Notes: generated by a model not told the origin, from the sequence alone. DNA of 38,028 nucleotides from Candidatus Zambryskiibacteriota bacterium (GCA_043799105.1 JAZDOB010000003.1:1-38028); one strand, 5' to 3'; shown: positions 1 to 9,660, numbered from the stretch's first letter. A program made the numbers and translations.

Positions 1-31
1 CGATGAGAATGATTGTGATAATATTTTTCAT
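1..31 (-). CDS. 5' end of a gene running off the window (MKNIITIILI..., signal/TM-like start), probably the next gene of the copper cluster
   Basis: ATG at 31-29 regenerated by element copy 1, followed by a hydrophobic open frame to the window edge. Confidence 0.6.
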   Translation of the reverse strand, partial: MKNIITIILI

Positions 32-137
32 CCCGTTAGAAATAGAAGATTACACATTCTAAGTGCGCTCTCTTTTATTTTATTTAATCTGCTAATTTTA
101 TTTATCATAATTTTAATCTTCGTGATTTCTAACGGGA
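31..137 (-). mobile_element. Start-codon-targeted miniature inverted-repeat element, copy 1 (107 bp)
   Basis: 13-bp perfect TIR TCCCGTTAGAAAT/ATTTCTAACGGGA; direct repeat TTCA at 27-30 and 138-141 (TGAA on the gene strand). Confidence 0.85.
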
Positions 138-143
138 TTCATT

Positions 144-1211
144 TTAAAAACTAAACACTGGCGGAACGAGGCCGATAACCACCAGACTGTTTATGATATT
201 GAACAAGGCAAACATTATAACAATAAGGCCGGCAGACTTGAAGAAGATTCCCGATTTTGAACTATTTTTGATGCTAAACGAACTAAAACTGACGAGCGCC
301 AAGATAGGCAAAGTCCCCAGAGCAAATGAGAGCATTGTGAGCCCTCCTTGCATAAAATTGCCGGTGGAGAGAGTGAAAATCTGCATTGATTGGGTAAATC
401 CGCAGGGCAAAAAGAAAGTGGCAATACCGACCAGAAAAGGCGTCAAACTATGATTCAATTTTGAGATCCCCAAGGCGTGTCTTGATAAAAACTTTGGCAT
501 AGACGGTTGAAATTTTTTAGTGAAATGAAAAATATCCAGCAGGTTCAAGCCGAGCACAAGCATCACGAGGCCTATGATTATTCCCAATATAAATGTCCCC
601 AGAGTACCAAGTTGGAATGCCGAACCAATAGCGCCTATTACTCCGCCCAAAATAAAGAAAGAAATTATCCTGCCTATATGAAAAAGGAAAATCGGTTTAA
701 CTTTGCTCGCTCCGCGCCTGCCCGCCTGAAGCGTTCGGGCGGGAAGCTCCTGCGAAGTGGAGGCAAAAGTGGCAGACATAGAGAGCAAAAGTCCTCCGAC
801 AACCGCCATGCAAGTAGAAAGCGAAGCAATGATACCTATCACAAAAGCTGTCCCGTACGAAACACCATTACTTGCGTTTACGAGATTCACTATTCCCATT
901 TTTTGCAGGGCAACAAACAGAACAACAAAAGCCAATGCTATGGGTATGGCAATTTTAAAATCACTCCAATTTTTGTTTTTTATTTGTTTTTCCATGGAGA
1001 GAGAATGCTCTGAGAGTAATCCCGTCAGCTCTTTAGCAATTTCCGAAGGGGTCATATTTTCAAAATCTCCACAAATTTCAACCGACTGCGTTTTAAGACT
1101 TGATTTTGCAGATGAGACTTTTGGGTGCTCTATAAGCTCGCTCTCCGTCAGGAGAACGCAGGCCTGGCAGTGCATATTGTGGACGTGGAATGTGTATGTT
1201 TTGTTTGGCAC
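144..1211 (-). CDS. HMA-domain + DsbD_2/TauE-like multi-TM protein
   Basis: N-terminal MHCQAC metal-binding motif; STCMAVVGG, FHIGR, FLPCGFTQ motifs; many TM segments; GTG start. Confidence 0.8.
   Translation of the reverse strand: MPNKTYTFHVHNMHCQACVLLTESELIEHPKVSSAKSSLKTQSVEICGDFENMTPSEIAKELTGLLSEHSLSMEKQIKNKNWSDFKIAIPIALAFVVLFVALQKMGIVNLVNASNGVSYGTAFVIGIIASLSTCMAVVGGLLLSMSATFASTSQELPARTLQAGRRGASKVKPIFLFHIGRIISFFILGGVIGAIGSAFQLGTLGTFILGIIIGLVMLVLGLNLLDIFHFTKKFQPSMPKFLSRHALGISKLNHSLTPFLVGIATFFLPCGFTQSMQIFTLSTGNFMQGGLTMLSFALGTLPILALVSFSSFSIKNSSKSGIFFKSAGLIVIMFALFNIINSLVVIGLVPPVFSF
706..763 (-). repeat. Nested palindromic elements inserted in frame in the DsbD-like gene
   Basis: Inner hairpin CCCGCCTGAA-GCG-TTCGGGCGGG (721-743) inside a CTTCGC-N4-GCTTCG-type element; encodes STSQELPARTLQAGRRGAS. 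Confidence 0.65.
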
Positions 1212-1242
1212 AAGTCATTATTTTATCACAAAATTAGCTTGA

Positions 1243-2211
1243 CTATATGCCACATCCACTTTGTTGTCTTTGTTCTACAGGAGCGAGCCGTTCGGCACCT
1301 ACGTCACATCCGCTGCCACCACCTGTTTGCGTTGGGGTTGATACCTGTGATGCTATTTTGGAAAACCCCGAATTACTGGAATAATTAATTCCGAGGATTT
1401 CTTGCGGATTTACATCTTTCCATTCAATTCCCTTTCCCTCCATGTAGGTAGCGAGAGTAAGGTAGGTATCCGGAAACCAATAAGAGTTAACCGCCAAAGC
1501 CGCCTTCCACATATCTTGCTCGCTTGCTCCCTGAGAAGCCATGAGCTCCAATAGCCCGAGCATGGCCATTCCGTGGTTGCAATCCGGAAAATGAGTTGAG
1601 TTTCCGCAGCAAGGCCTGTAAATTCCCCGAGAAATTTTATCTACCATAGTCTGTTGTTCGGGAGTTAACTCAAAGAATATGTGCCTGTTATAGTGATCCA
1701 TCGCACTGCCTACTGCCACAGTCCATCCCCCGGTAGAAGCGAAACCGGCTGCTCCTCCGTATTGCGGATTTCTCATCTCTCTCGGGTCATTCAGTATTAC
1801 GTTTCCATTTGAAAGACCGAGGGCCCAGAACAGGTTTAACAAATAACCCGCGTTATCCTCAGTAATTTTTATTTTTCCTTCATTGTTCTCTGAAAGGAAT
1901 TTTTCATATTCATCCGTAAACTGGCCCGCGTAAACATCCCTGAATACTCTTTCGTCAATTACCCCCGCACTTATAAGTTTTTTGCCGAGATCTCCCCAGG
2001 TTGCAGGCAATTCCACTCCCCCCGAAGGCAGTACCCTCTCTTCCAATTCAGTTTTTTGCGCTTGTAGGGCTTTATTTCTTGCCACAATAGTTTTCTGTTG
2101 GGTGCTTGGAAGATTCACCCAATTGTTATACATCCAGGCCCCAGAGAGCATGGCTCCGGCTATGATAATAGATACCGGTATTGACAACTTAAACGATTTT
2201 TTGTTTTCCAT
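1243..2211 (-). CDS. Membrane-anchored Cys/His-motif hypothetical protein
   Basis: 322-aa ORF, N-terminal TM, RPCC..PDCNHG motif, C-terminal GGSGC and SGCGI. Confidence 0.75.
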   Translation of the reverse strand: MENKKSFKLSIPVSIIIAGAMLSGAWMYNNWVNLPSTQQKTIVARNKALQAQKTELEERVLPSGGVELPATWGDLGKKLISAGVIDERVFRDVYAGQFTDEYEKFLSENNEGKIKITEDNAGYLLNLFWALGLSNGNVILNDPREMRNPQYGGAAGFASTGGWTVAVGSAMDHYNRHIFFELTPEQQTMVDKISRGIYRPCCGNSTHFPDCNHGMAMLGLLELMASQGASEQDMWKAALAVNSYWFPDTYLTLATYMEGKGIEWKDVNPQEILGINYSSNSGFSKIASQVSTPTQTGGGSGCDVGAERLAPVEQRQQSGCGI

Positions 2212-2235
2212 ATTATTTATAGTGAATTTGTTGAA

Positions 2236-2466
2236 CTATTCTTTGCAACAATCCACTAATTTGCTGATAACTTCCTCCACCGACTTTTTTTGATTCTTTG
2301 AGGAATCTCTAAGTCCAACCGCTTTCATCCGCTTCAATGTCTCCTTGATGCCAACTTTTTGGATCTCGTTCAGGATGAGGCGCCGACGTTCGCATTTTGC
2401 GCAATGCGGGATATGAAAGGTTTTAGCGAGTTTGGCAATCGCATTCCCTAATTTTAAGGATTCCAT
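2236..2466 (-). CDS. Small hypothetical protein with HCxxC and CC motifs
   Basis: 76-aa ORF in operon spacing; IPHCAKC, DCCKE. Confidence 0.6.
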   Translation of the reverse strand: MESLKLGNAIAKLAKTFHIPHCAKCERRRLILNEIQKVGIKETLKRMKAVGLRDSSKNQKKSVEEVISKLVDCCKE

Positions 2467-2471
2467 ATTTC

Positions 2472-3131
2472 TTAATCTAGATCATTAATTTTATTCCACA
2501 TCATATCGTTTGCTATTCTCATGGTCGGATCGTCATAGACGAATCTGACGATGCCTTCTTTGTCTACGATTACGTAAGTGTGGCCAGGGAGAGAGCCGCG
2601 GTGCATCGACGAAGAGGTAGTCAGCATTCCAAGTGCCTTTGAGCTGTTAGCACCGACATCAAACATGGTTTTTGCCGCAGCAAGCTTCGGCATCTTATCT
2701 ATGGCCTTTTGCCAATCCGCGGCTGAATCGACCACCACGGATATTGCCTGCACCTCGTTTGAATTGAATCTTTCATCGTCCCCAAATGCTACAATCTGGT
2801 TCCAACAGGCCGGGTAACACATAAGCCCCTCATTAAAAAAGAGGACTGTGTATTTGTCTTTGAGATCGGTGGCTGTATATATCTTTCCATCTTTATCTTT
2901 TAGCGATATTTCCGGAAGAGGGTTGTCCACCAGTGAATTTAGTACATCGTAGTCTGCTTCCGCTCCTGCTCCACCGTGATGGTCGGATGCGCCATTTGCC
3001 GCGGCATTATTAGTCTCAGATTGAGCTGTCTGCGATGGAGCAGTTTTGTATAGGCCGAATCCCAACGCCCCTACTCCGATGACGAAAAGCAGGATTGAGA
3101 GAAACGGCAGTAATTCTTTAATTTTTTTCAT
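2472..3131 (-). CDS. Membrane-anchored AhpC/TSA-type redoxin
   Basis: N-terminal TM, thioredoxin-like fold features (CYPAC, ISVVVD, TYVIVDKEGIVRF). Confidence 0.75.
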   Translation of the reverse strand: MKKIKELLPFLSILLFVIGVGALGFGLYKTAPSQTAQSETNNAAANGASDHHGGAGAEADYDVLNSLVDNPLPEISLKDKDGKIYTATDLKDKYTVLFFNEGLMCYPACWNQIVAFGDDERFNSNEVQAISVVVDSAADWQKAIDKMPKLAAAKTMFDVGANSSKALGMLTTSSSMHRGSLPGHTYVIVDKEGIVRFVYDDPTMRIANDMMWNKINDLD

Positions 3132-4011
3132 TGTTTTGCTTGTCCGCCAAAGTTTTAACGTCGGCGGATTTACTTAGTTTGATAAACATATAAGAGACAT
3201 AGGAGATGATTCCGATAAAGATAAGGGCCCAGACGTATTCGGGGATTACTTTTACGTACCCTCCGATGGCATCTAGAAACTTGGCGTTATACAGATTCAT
3301 TTGAAGCTGATAATCGGAGTGGGTAAATAACTTATTGCTCCAAGCAAGATAAGTTATATATCCGCCCATGAGAAGGAATATTACGCTTGATATCAATTCA
3401 GAGATTGTGATTCTCCACTGCAAATTTCCAAACCCCAATCTCACTGTTTTCTTCGCATTTTTGATTTTGTCAGTCAGATTATATTTGTCCAGAAGAGCAG
3501 CAATGAGGAATAGCGGCAAGGTCATTCCAAGCACATAAGCGAGAGTGTATACCGCTCCCCACAATATAGTGCCGCTTGCAATGGAAAGAGTGAGGACTCC
3601 CGCTAAAACAGGAGCACAGCAGGTGGTGGCAATGGCGGAGAAAATCCCGAGAAGATAGATTGATGAGACGTGTCTTTTCATACCGTCTCTTACGGAAGTT
3701 GGAGTGGTGAATTTTTTGCCGAAGAGCATTGAGAGGCCGAGAACGATGAGGAATATGCCGCCAACCGTAAATATCTGATTGTGGTATTTACTGAATGCCT
3801 GGGCCAAAAATGACGCCCCCAGACCGATCGGCAAAAAGACGGTGGCAACACCGAGAAAAAATACAAAAGTCATAAAGAATATTTTGTATTTCTCTTTGAA
3901 GATGTTTGCCAGATATGACGGAAGCAGGACGGTTATACAGCATGGAGCAAAGAGCGCGGCCACTCCGGCCACGAACGCTGCCACAAGCGATGTCCCGACA
4001 AGAATTTCCAT
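3118..4011 (-). CDS. CcdA/DsbD-like transmembrane thiol-disulfide protein
   Basis: APCC..LLPSYL and TCCAPVL motifs, multiple TMs, adjacent to a redoxin. Confidence 0.8.
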   Translation of the reverse strand: MEILVGTSLVAAFVAGVAALFAPCCITVLLPSYLANIFKEKYKIFFMTFVFFLGVATVFLPIGLGASFLAQAFSKYHNQIFTVGGIFLIVLGLSMLFGKKFTTPTSVRDGMKRHVSSIYLLGIFSAIATTCCAPVLAGVLTLSIASGTILWGAVYTLAYVLGMTLPLFLIAALLDKYNLTDKIKNAKKTVRLGFGNLQWRITISELISSVIFLLMGGYITYLAWSNKLFTHSDYQLQMNLYNAKFLDAIGGYVKVIPEYVWALIFIGIISYVSYMFIKLSKSADVKTLADKQNNEKN

Positions 4012-4109
4012 AAGTGAGTGTTAGATAATAATTAGACAACTAATAAAAATATCCGGTAAGGGATACTTATGCAGCACAAAAGAAGCTCCCGCTTCTATGT
4101 GCCGATTAT

Positions 4110-4508
4110 CTAAAAAGAGGGGCTATGTTCTAAAAGAGAAAGCCAAGAGAATATTTTTTGTTTGCCGTAAGAAGAATTGACTTCCATATCCCGCACCCTT
4201 GGTCGCAGTAAATTCAGATTCAGACGAATTAAATTTTTGGAGAATACGAAAAGCAAGACAAGGGCCAAAAGCAAAAGACTAAGCAAAGCTAAATTGGACA
4301 GCGGAGCAACCATACTTGCCAAAATCGCCTGAAACGCGGATATATGATGAAAAGTAAAAGCCGCAATACTTGTCGGGCAGTCTATATCCTCAACTTCGGA
4401 CGCGATACAGCCTCCGTTGTGATTTGGCTCCATGACCATAAGTGCCGCCCCAAAGAAGGCCGCCGTAAACAAACTTATTATCAATATTAACGGAATAATG
4501 CGATTCAT
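4110..4508 (-). CDS. Hypothetical membrane protein (Cys/His motifs, C-terminal HSP)
   Basis: ORF 4110..4568; ATG at 4508 (MNRII) preferred; two TMs. Confidence 0.6.
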   Translation of the reverse strand: MNRIIPLILIISLFTAAFFGAALMVMEPNHNGGCIASEVEDIDCPTSIAAFTFHHISAFQAILASMVAPLSNLALLSLLLLALVLLFVFSKNLIRLNLNLLRPRVRDMEVNSSYGKQKIFSWLSLLEHSPSF

Positions 4509-4572
4509 AATTGGATATATCTCTATGATACCATTTTTGATTTTGTTAGTCGAGGGACCACATGACATATTT

Positions 4573-6798
4573 CTAATAAATCTTTCTCAGTCTCAAAGAA
4601 TTTAAGACAACACTAATGCTGCTGAATGCCATGGCGGCTCCGGCAAAAATCGGATTGAGCAGAATTCCGAATAATGGATACAGGGCCCCGGCGGCAACGG
4701 GGATAAAAGCAATGTTGTAGAAAAAAGCCCAGAACAGATTTTGCTTTATTATTCTCATCGTTCTCTTCGAGAGTCCGATAACTTCAGGAATGAGCATGAG
4801 ATTGCCTCTCATAAGTGTAATGTTGGCCGATTCCATGGCAATGTCTGTGCCTTCACCCATAGCGATACCCACATTGGCTTGTGTAAGCGCCGGAGCATCA
4901 TTTATGCCGTCGCCTATCATTGCGACAATTTTTCCTTTTTCCTGAAGTTCGCGCACCTTCTCCGATTTCTTGTCGGGCAAAACTTCGCTCATGATGTTAT
5001 CTATACCGACTTGAGCCGCTATGGCCTTGGCGGTGCGCTCGTTATCTCCGGTCAGCATCCAAACTTCAACGCCATTCTTCTTAAGAGTCTGTACTGCTTC
5101 GATTGACTCTTTTTTCAAAACATCAGCGACAGCGATTAAACCGATTATCTCATTGTTAACCGCTAAAATCATCGCTGTTTTGCCGTGATTTTCCAAATTC
5201 GATATTTTTTCTTCCCAGACGGTAGTGTTAATTCCATTATCAGCCATTAATTTCCTGTTGCCCAGCAAGATTTTTTTATTTTCAATAATCGCAGAAACTC
5301 CGTGTCCTGAAATGGCCTGAAATTCTTCGACTTTACTCAAGCTGATATTTTCTTCCTTTGCTTTGTTGACTATGGCTAGAGCCAGAGAATGTTCCGATTT
5401 GTTTTCTATACTGGCGGCAATTTGCAAAACATCACCCAAAATATCCGTAACAACCGGTTTACCTTCTGTTAAAGTACCCGTCTTATCCAAAATGACGGCG
5501 GTTATTTTGTTTGCAATTTCAAGAGAGGCGGCGTCTTTAACTAAAATTCCGCGACCAGCCGCGCTACCCGAGGAAACCATAATAGCCATCGGAGTGGCAA
5601 GCCCCAAGGCGCAGGGACAAGCGATTATAAGAACCGCCACAAAATTAACAAGGGCGAAAGTGAAAGCAGGAACAGGCCCGAAGGATAGCCATAGGACAAA
5701 AGTCAAAATTGCGACAATAAACACAGCCGGAACAAAATAGGAAGAGACCGAGTCGGCTAACCTTTGAATTGGCGCCTTGCTGCCTTGGGCCTCTTCTACC
5801 ATTTTAATTATGTGAGAAAGCACTGTGTCTTTGCCGATTTTTGTCGCCTGGAAAGTAAAGGTTCCGAATTTATTTATGGTGCTGCCTATGACTGCGCTCC
5901 CGATTTTTTTGTGAACAGGCATTGATTCTCCCGTGACCATCGATTCGTCAATTTCAGAGTCTCCTTCGATTATCTTTCCGTCAACCGGAATTTTTTCTCC
6001 CGGATGGACAATTATCGCATCTCCAACCTGCACTTCTGAAATTGGAATCTCAATTTCTTTTCCATTCTGTAAAATTTTGGCAGTCTTGGGCTGTAGGCCT
6101 ATAAGTTTTTTTATCGCCTCAGAAGCCCGGCCCTTCATGAGAACTTCAAAATATTTTCCCAAGAGAATCAGGACGATAATGATTGCAGAGGTGTCAAAAT
6201 AAATTGCCGGCGTCAATCCTCCCCTGCTGAAATAAGAGGGAAGCACAGTAACCGCCGCGCTGTAAAAATATGCCGCCAGTGTCCCGATGGCAATAAGCGT
6301 ATTCATATCGGCGGTGCGATATTTAAATAAGAGCCTGAGACCGCTGTAAAATTGGGAGCCGACCCAAAACTGCACCGGCGTCGTAAGCAAGAGGATAATC
6401 CAGTTGTTGTTCAAGATCTTAGGAACAAAGGAAAACCATTCCGGAAAGCTGCCCAAAAATATTAAAACCGAAAGAATGCCGCCAATTATGAGCTTCTGCT
6501 TCATTTCTTTTATCGCCCCCTTATGCTCTGCTTGTGTATGGTGAGCATGGGGATCGGCGATTAATTCTTCTTTTTCCGCAGACTCGGATTTAATATCCAA
6601 ATGGTAACCCGCTTCCTTAACTACCTTTGCAAAATCTGCCGGAGAAATAACATTCTCGTCAAATTCAACCAGGGCCGATTCCGTGGCAAAATTGACCGAG
6701 GCCGAGCGTATGCCTACATTTTTTGAAAGTACGCGCTCAATTGTCGCTACACAACTGGCGCAATGCATTCCGTGAATTTTATATGTTTCCTTTTTCAT
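4573..6798 (-). CDS. copA: Cu(I)-translocating P1B-type ATPase
   Basis: GMHCASC, TGES, CPC, DKTGT, GDGINDAP, YN and MAFSS motifs. Confidence 0.95.
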   Translation of the reverse strand: MKKETYKIHGMHCASCVATIERVLSKNVGIRSASVNFATESALVEFDENVISPADFAKVVKEAGYHLDIKSESAEKEELIADPHAHHTQAEHKGAIKEMKQKLIIGGILSVLIFLGSFPEWFSFVPKILNNNWIILLLTTPVQFWVGSQFYSGLRLLFKYRTADMNTLIAIGTLAAYFYSAAVTVLPSYFSRGGLTPAIYFDTSAIIIVLILLGKYFEVLMKGRASEAIKKLIGLQPKTAKILQNGKEIEIPISEVQVGDAIIVHPGEKIPVDGKIIEGDSEIDESMVTGESMPVHKKIGSAVIGSTINKFGTFTFQATKIGKDTVLSHIIKMVEEAQGSKAPIQRLADSVSSYFVPAVFIVAILTFVLWLSFGPVPAFTFALVNFVAVLIIACPCALGLATPMAIMVSSGSAAGRGILVKDAASLEIANKITAVILDKTGTLTEGKPVVTDILGDVLQIAASIENKSEHSLALAIVNKAKEENISLSKVEEFQAISGHGVSAIIENKKILLGNRKLMADNGINTTVWEEKISNLENHGKTAMILAVNNEIIGLIAVADVLKKESIEAVQTLKKNGVEVWMLTGDNERTAKAIAAQVGIDNIMSEVLPDKKSEKVRELQEKGKIVAMIGDGINDAPALTQANVGIAMGEGTDIAMESANITLMRGNLMLIPEVIGLSKRTMRIIKQNLFWAFFYNIAFIPVAAGALYPLFGILLNPIFAGAAMAFSSISVVLNSLRLRKIY

Positions 6799-6818
6799 AT
6801 TGTATTTATTTCATTAAT

Positions 6819-7280
6819 TTAATTTTTTCCGCTTAAAATCCAAGTAAACGGCCTGTCTATACCGCCAATGCCTTTTATAATCAGACTCAGGTGTTGGGGG
6901 TATGGCTTGATGGGGGCAAAAACCAAGACGCCCTCTCTGTGGTGTCCGCCGGGGTCGGCGCCTTCCCAGCGCAGCGGCTTATACTCCTTCCCGGGGTTAT
7001 TTATAAGTATAGTTGCTTCAACCATATCCTGATCTAATTCCACCGAGTGTGTATTCATAACAACATCAAATTTCCATTCGGTTGATTCCGCAGAAAGATC
7101 AAGAGGTGCTACTGTCACGGTAACATTTTCTCGTCCGTCTGTCCTTGTCTCCCATCGCCGCATATTTGAAACCGGAGAGACATTCTGAGTCGGACCGGAT
7201 GTTTGTTTGGGATAATAAAAAAAGAGAAATCCGCCGATAGACGCGAGTATCAGTATGGATATTGTTATTGATCTATTCAT
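6819..7280 (-). CDS. Exported hypothetical protein with THS and GGHH motifs
   Basis: ATG at 7280 (MNRSIT) overlaps the upstream stop; N-terminal TM; NTHSVEL, DPGGHHREG. Confidence 0.7.
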   Translation of the reverse strand: MNRSITISILILASIGGFLFFYYPKQTSGPTQNVSPVSNMRRWETRTDGRENVTVTVAPLDLSAESTEWKFDVVMNTHSVELDQDMVEATILINNPGKEYKPLRWEGADPGGHHREGVLVFAPIKPYPQHLSLIIKGIGGIDRPFTWILSGKN

Positions 7281-7731
7281 GCGTGTTTTTAAATTTAAAT
7301 ATCCTATTAACAATAAAAGCGATTCCAAACAAGTTAAAGACCAGACCAACCCAAAAGATTTCTACTTGATATTGGGCGACAATAGCCAGAGCTCCCGCGA
7401 TGCCAAGTATCGGCACAATATTCGCCAAATAGTGGGCACAACATGAAATCATGGCCAAAGTAGAAGTTGTTCCTGTTACAGCTACGGTTTTGCCTCCCAT
7501 TTTCATGTCGCTGTTTTTCACCAGCTGCCGCAGGTATAGATACAAACCCATTTGAACTCCAAAACCGATTGCCAAGCCAATCAAGAAATACCAGTAGGTT
7601 TCAAATTGAGACAAGGCAAATTTCATCCCCGATATAAGGCCCACCAATACAAAATACACGGACAGAAGCAGTGCGGCCGCAACAATTGCACTGCGCAAAA
7701 TTTTTAATTTTAATCTAATGGCAACATCCAT
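7273..7731 (-). CDS. Four-TM membrane protein with SCCAH motif
   Basis: ORF 7273..7752, start uncertain; AMISCCAHYL. Confidence 0.7.
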   Translation of the reverse strand: MDVAIRLKLKILRSAIVAAALLLSVYFVLVGLISGMKFALSQFETYWYFLIGLAIGFGVQMGLYLYLRQLVKNSDMKMGGKTVAVTGTTSTLAMISCCAHYLANIVPILGIAGALAIVAQYQVEIFWVGLVFNLFGIAFIVNRIFKFKNTHE

Positions 7732-7843
7732 GGCCTTTATGATTTTCATCATCGTCGGAATGCTTATGAGATTCCCTCATCATAAACAAATGCATGAGCG
7801 GACAAGCAAGTAAGAGCGCAAAAAGTAAAATTTTTGTAATCAT
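7715..7843 (-). CDS. DUF2933-like small His-rich membrane protein (42 aa)
   Basis: LACPLMHLFM motif and His-rich tail; ATG at 7843 overlaps the upstream TGA. Confidence 0.75.
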   Translation of the reverse strand: MITKILLFALLLACPLMHLFMMRESHKHSDDDENHKGHGCCH

Positions 7844-8109
7844 TTTTCCTGTATCAGACTGGAATTGTGCATCCAAACCATGTACAAGCCGAATACCCAC
7901 GAAATAGCCGCGATTAGTACGGCTCCCCAGACAAAACTGCCAAATGTCAGCCAAGTAAATCCGGGCAGGGTTTCAAACAATTTGTGGTGCAACTCTATCG
8001 CCGCCTGGTTTCGAAAAGGCAACAAACCGCTAAACAGACACAGCACATAAATTATTTCCGACCCCAAGACACATTTGGATACATAGGACTTCAAAGATAA
8101 CCTGTCCAT
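7840..8109 (-). CDS. Small membrane protein, DUF5676-like
   Basis: YVLC, HH, PGFTWLTFGSF motifs; operon spacing. Confidence 0.65.
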   Translation of the reverse strand: MDRLSLKSYVSKCVLGSEIIYVLCLFSGLLPFRNQAAIELHHKLFETLPGFTWLTFGSFVWGAVLIAAISWVFGLYMVWMHNSSLIQEK

Positions 8110-8123
8110 AAATTTACATTTAT

Positions 8124-8381
8124 TTAGCCCGCTAAATCTTTTTTCTTTTCCTCAAACTCCTTTTTATCTATCTCGCCTTTGGCGTAGCGTTCTTTTAGAA
8201 TATCAAGAGCATCAGATTTAGAGCCAGAACGGTAATTTTTGCCGCTGACTTCACGTACCAGCCACACGATGAAGATAACGAGCAAGACCCAAAAGACGAC
8301 CATCATGAGGCCGCCTCCAAACCAGCCCATCATACTTCCGGCTCCCCATCCGCCATAATTGTCATATAGTCCGTACATCAT
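8124..8381 (-). CDS. SHOCT-domain membrane protein
   Basis: Met/Gly-rich N-terminus, TM, ALDILKERYAKGEIDKKEF. Confidence 0.85.
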   Translation of the reverse strand: MMYGLYDNYGGWGAGSMMGWFGGGLMMVVFWVLLVIFIVWLVREVSGKNYRSGSKSDALDILKERYAKGEIDKKEFEEKKKDLAG

Positions 8382-8402
8382 AATAATTTAATTAACTTAT
8401 AA

Positions 8403-8666
8403 TTAATTTCTTTTTAATTTATAAACTTCCATTATCTCTTTGGTAGCTTTTGTCCCTTTCCCCCCACTTATCTGAGGGATAACGCAGGAATTGAGATGAT
8501 TTTCCATAAGAGCATCTTCAACACTTGAGAGCGCGTTTTTTGCCGCAGAAGTTTGGGTTATAACATTAATGCAATAAGTTCCCTTTTCAACCATATTTTG
8601 CAGGCCCCTTATTTGGCCCTCAATAATATTCAGTCTTTTTAAAATCCTCGATTTTGGCGTAATCAT
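8403..8666 (-). CDS. csoR: CsoR/RcnR-family copper-sensing repressor
   Basis: RLNIIEGQIRG, YC...Q, HLNSC (C-H-C ligands). Confidence 0.9.
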   Translation of the reverse strand: MITPKSRILKRLNIIEGQIRGLQNMVEKGTYCINVITQTSAAKNALSSVEDALMENHLNSCVIPQISGGKGTKATKEIMEVYKLKRN

Positions 8667-8693
8667 AAAATTGCATTATCTGCTAATGCTCAT

Positions 8694-8722
8694 ATCTTAT
8701 ACCCCCGGGGGGTATATGTCAA
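8694..8722 (-). promoter_or_regulatory. Sigma70 promoter with CsoR operator in the spacer
   Basis: TTGACA-17-TAAGAT; palindrome TATACCCCC-G-GGGGGTATA at 8698-8716. Confidence 0.85.
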
Positions 8723-8736
8723 GTTGGGAGTGTGAA

Positions 8737-9222
8737 TTACTTATTTAATTCCATTTCGGCGCGGTCGGCCAAGTCGATGAAGATTTCTACTTCTTCAACA
8801 TTAAGAGTCCTCGGTTTTGTATCTTTGATACAAAACACTCCGACATATTGGCCGCTCTTGTGGTCAATTAAAGCAATACCTCCGTAAAATCTTATGAACG
8901 GATAGCCGATTACCATTGGGTTGTCAGCGAAGCGTGGATCTTTCAAAGTGTCTTCCACAAAGAAAATATTTTTGGCGAGTAGCGCGTGGCCGCAAAATGA
9001 TATGGCTCTCTCACCTTCCCTCTCTGAAAGCCCTTGATATGATTTAAACCATTCTCTTTTTGAATCCAAAATCGTTATCGTTGAAATGGGAACCTTAAGT
9101 TTTTCTACCGCTTCTTTCGTCATATCATCAAATCGCACTTCAGATTCCGTGTCCAAAATTGCCAGTTTGTGGACGGCTTCCAATCTCTCTTTTTCATTTT
9201 CTGGCATCGGTGCTGATTTCAT
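8737..9222 (-). CDS. Stand-alone GAF-domain protein
   Basis: NEKERLEAV..ILDT, SFCGHA, DPRFADNP, IRFYGG. Confidence 0.85.
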   Translation of the reverse strand: MKSAPMPENEKERLEAVHKLAILDTESEVRFDDMTKEAVEKLKVPISTITILDSKREWFKSYQGLSEREGERAISFCGHALLAKNIFFVEDTLKDPRFADNPMVIGYPFIRFYGGIALIDHKSGQYVGVFCIKDTKPRTLNVEEVEIFIDLADRAEMELNK

Positions 9223-9272
9223 ATTTCGTATTATATTACAAGAGATTAATTATCGGTAGTGGACAAAGCTTG

Positions 9273-9344
9273 GGTGACTAGCCGGATTCGAACCGGCGAA
9301 AACAGCTCCACAAGCTGTCGTGTTACCGCTACACTATAGTCACC
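9273..9344 (-). tRNA. tRNA-His(GTG)
   Basis: Cloverleaf; G-1:C73; anticodon stem ACAGC-TTGTGGA-GCTGT; GGTTCGAATCC. Confidence 0.95.
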
Positions 9345-9400
9345 ATCATAAACACCGAGCTTGGCTCGGCAGAAATACTTTAACACAAATCAGAGTGCGA

Positions 9401-9643
9401 TTAAACTTTTTCTACGTCCGTTCCCTCTTTGACTGCCAAATCAACTTTCAGTCCAACCACTTCGCCTTTGGAAGCTTTTTCCACCGGCTTGTGCTCAATC
9501 TGGAGCGAAACCACATCCTGCTCAAAGTCGGCGCCATGGCCTTCAAACTTTATCCTGTCGCCAATTTTTAAAACGGCATTCAGCTCCACAATGGCAACCC
9601 CAATGTTGTCATAATAATGTGTTACTTTCCCGACCTTTTTCAT
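9401..9643 (-). CDS. Translation-factor-like beta-barrel small protein (U32 C-terminal-like)
   Basis: VGKVTHYYDNIGVAIVEL...GEVVGLKV. Confidence 0.75.
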   Translation of the reverse strand: MKKVGKVTHYYDNIGVAIVELNAVLKIGDRIKFEGHGADFEQDVVSLQIEHKPVEKASKGEVVGLKVDLAVKEGTDVEKV

Positions 9644-9660
9644 AATGGCTGATTATAGCA

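Noticed and set aside
4050-4065. TATCC-N6-GGATA as a second CsoR operator
   Set aside because: Only 5-bp arms, lacks the C/G tracts and has no clear promoter around it
5380-5400. CopA SEHSL instead of the canonical SEHPL
   Set aside because: A single substitution with all other motifs intact; not enough to claim altered function
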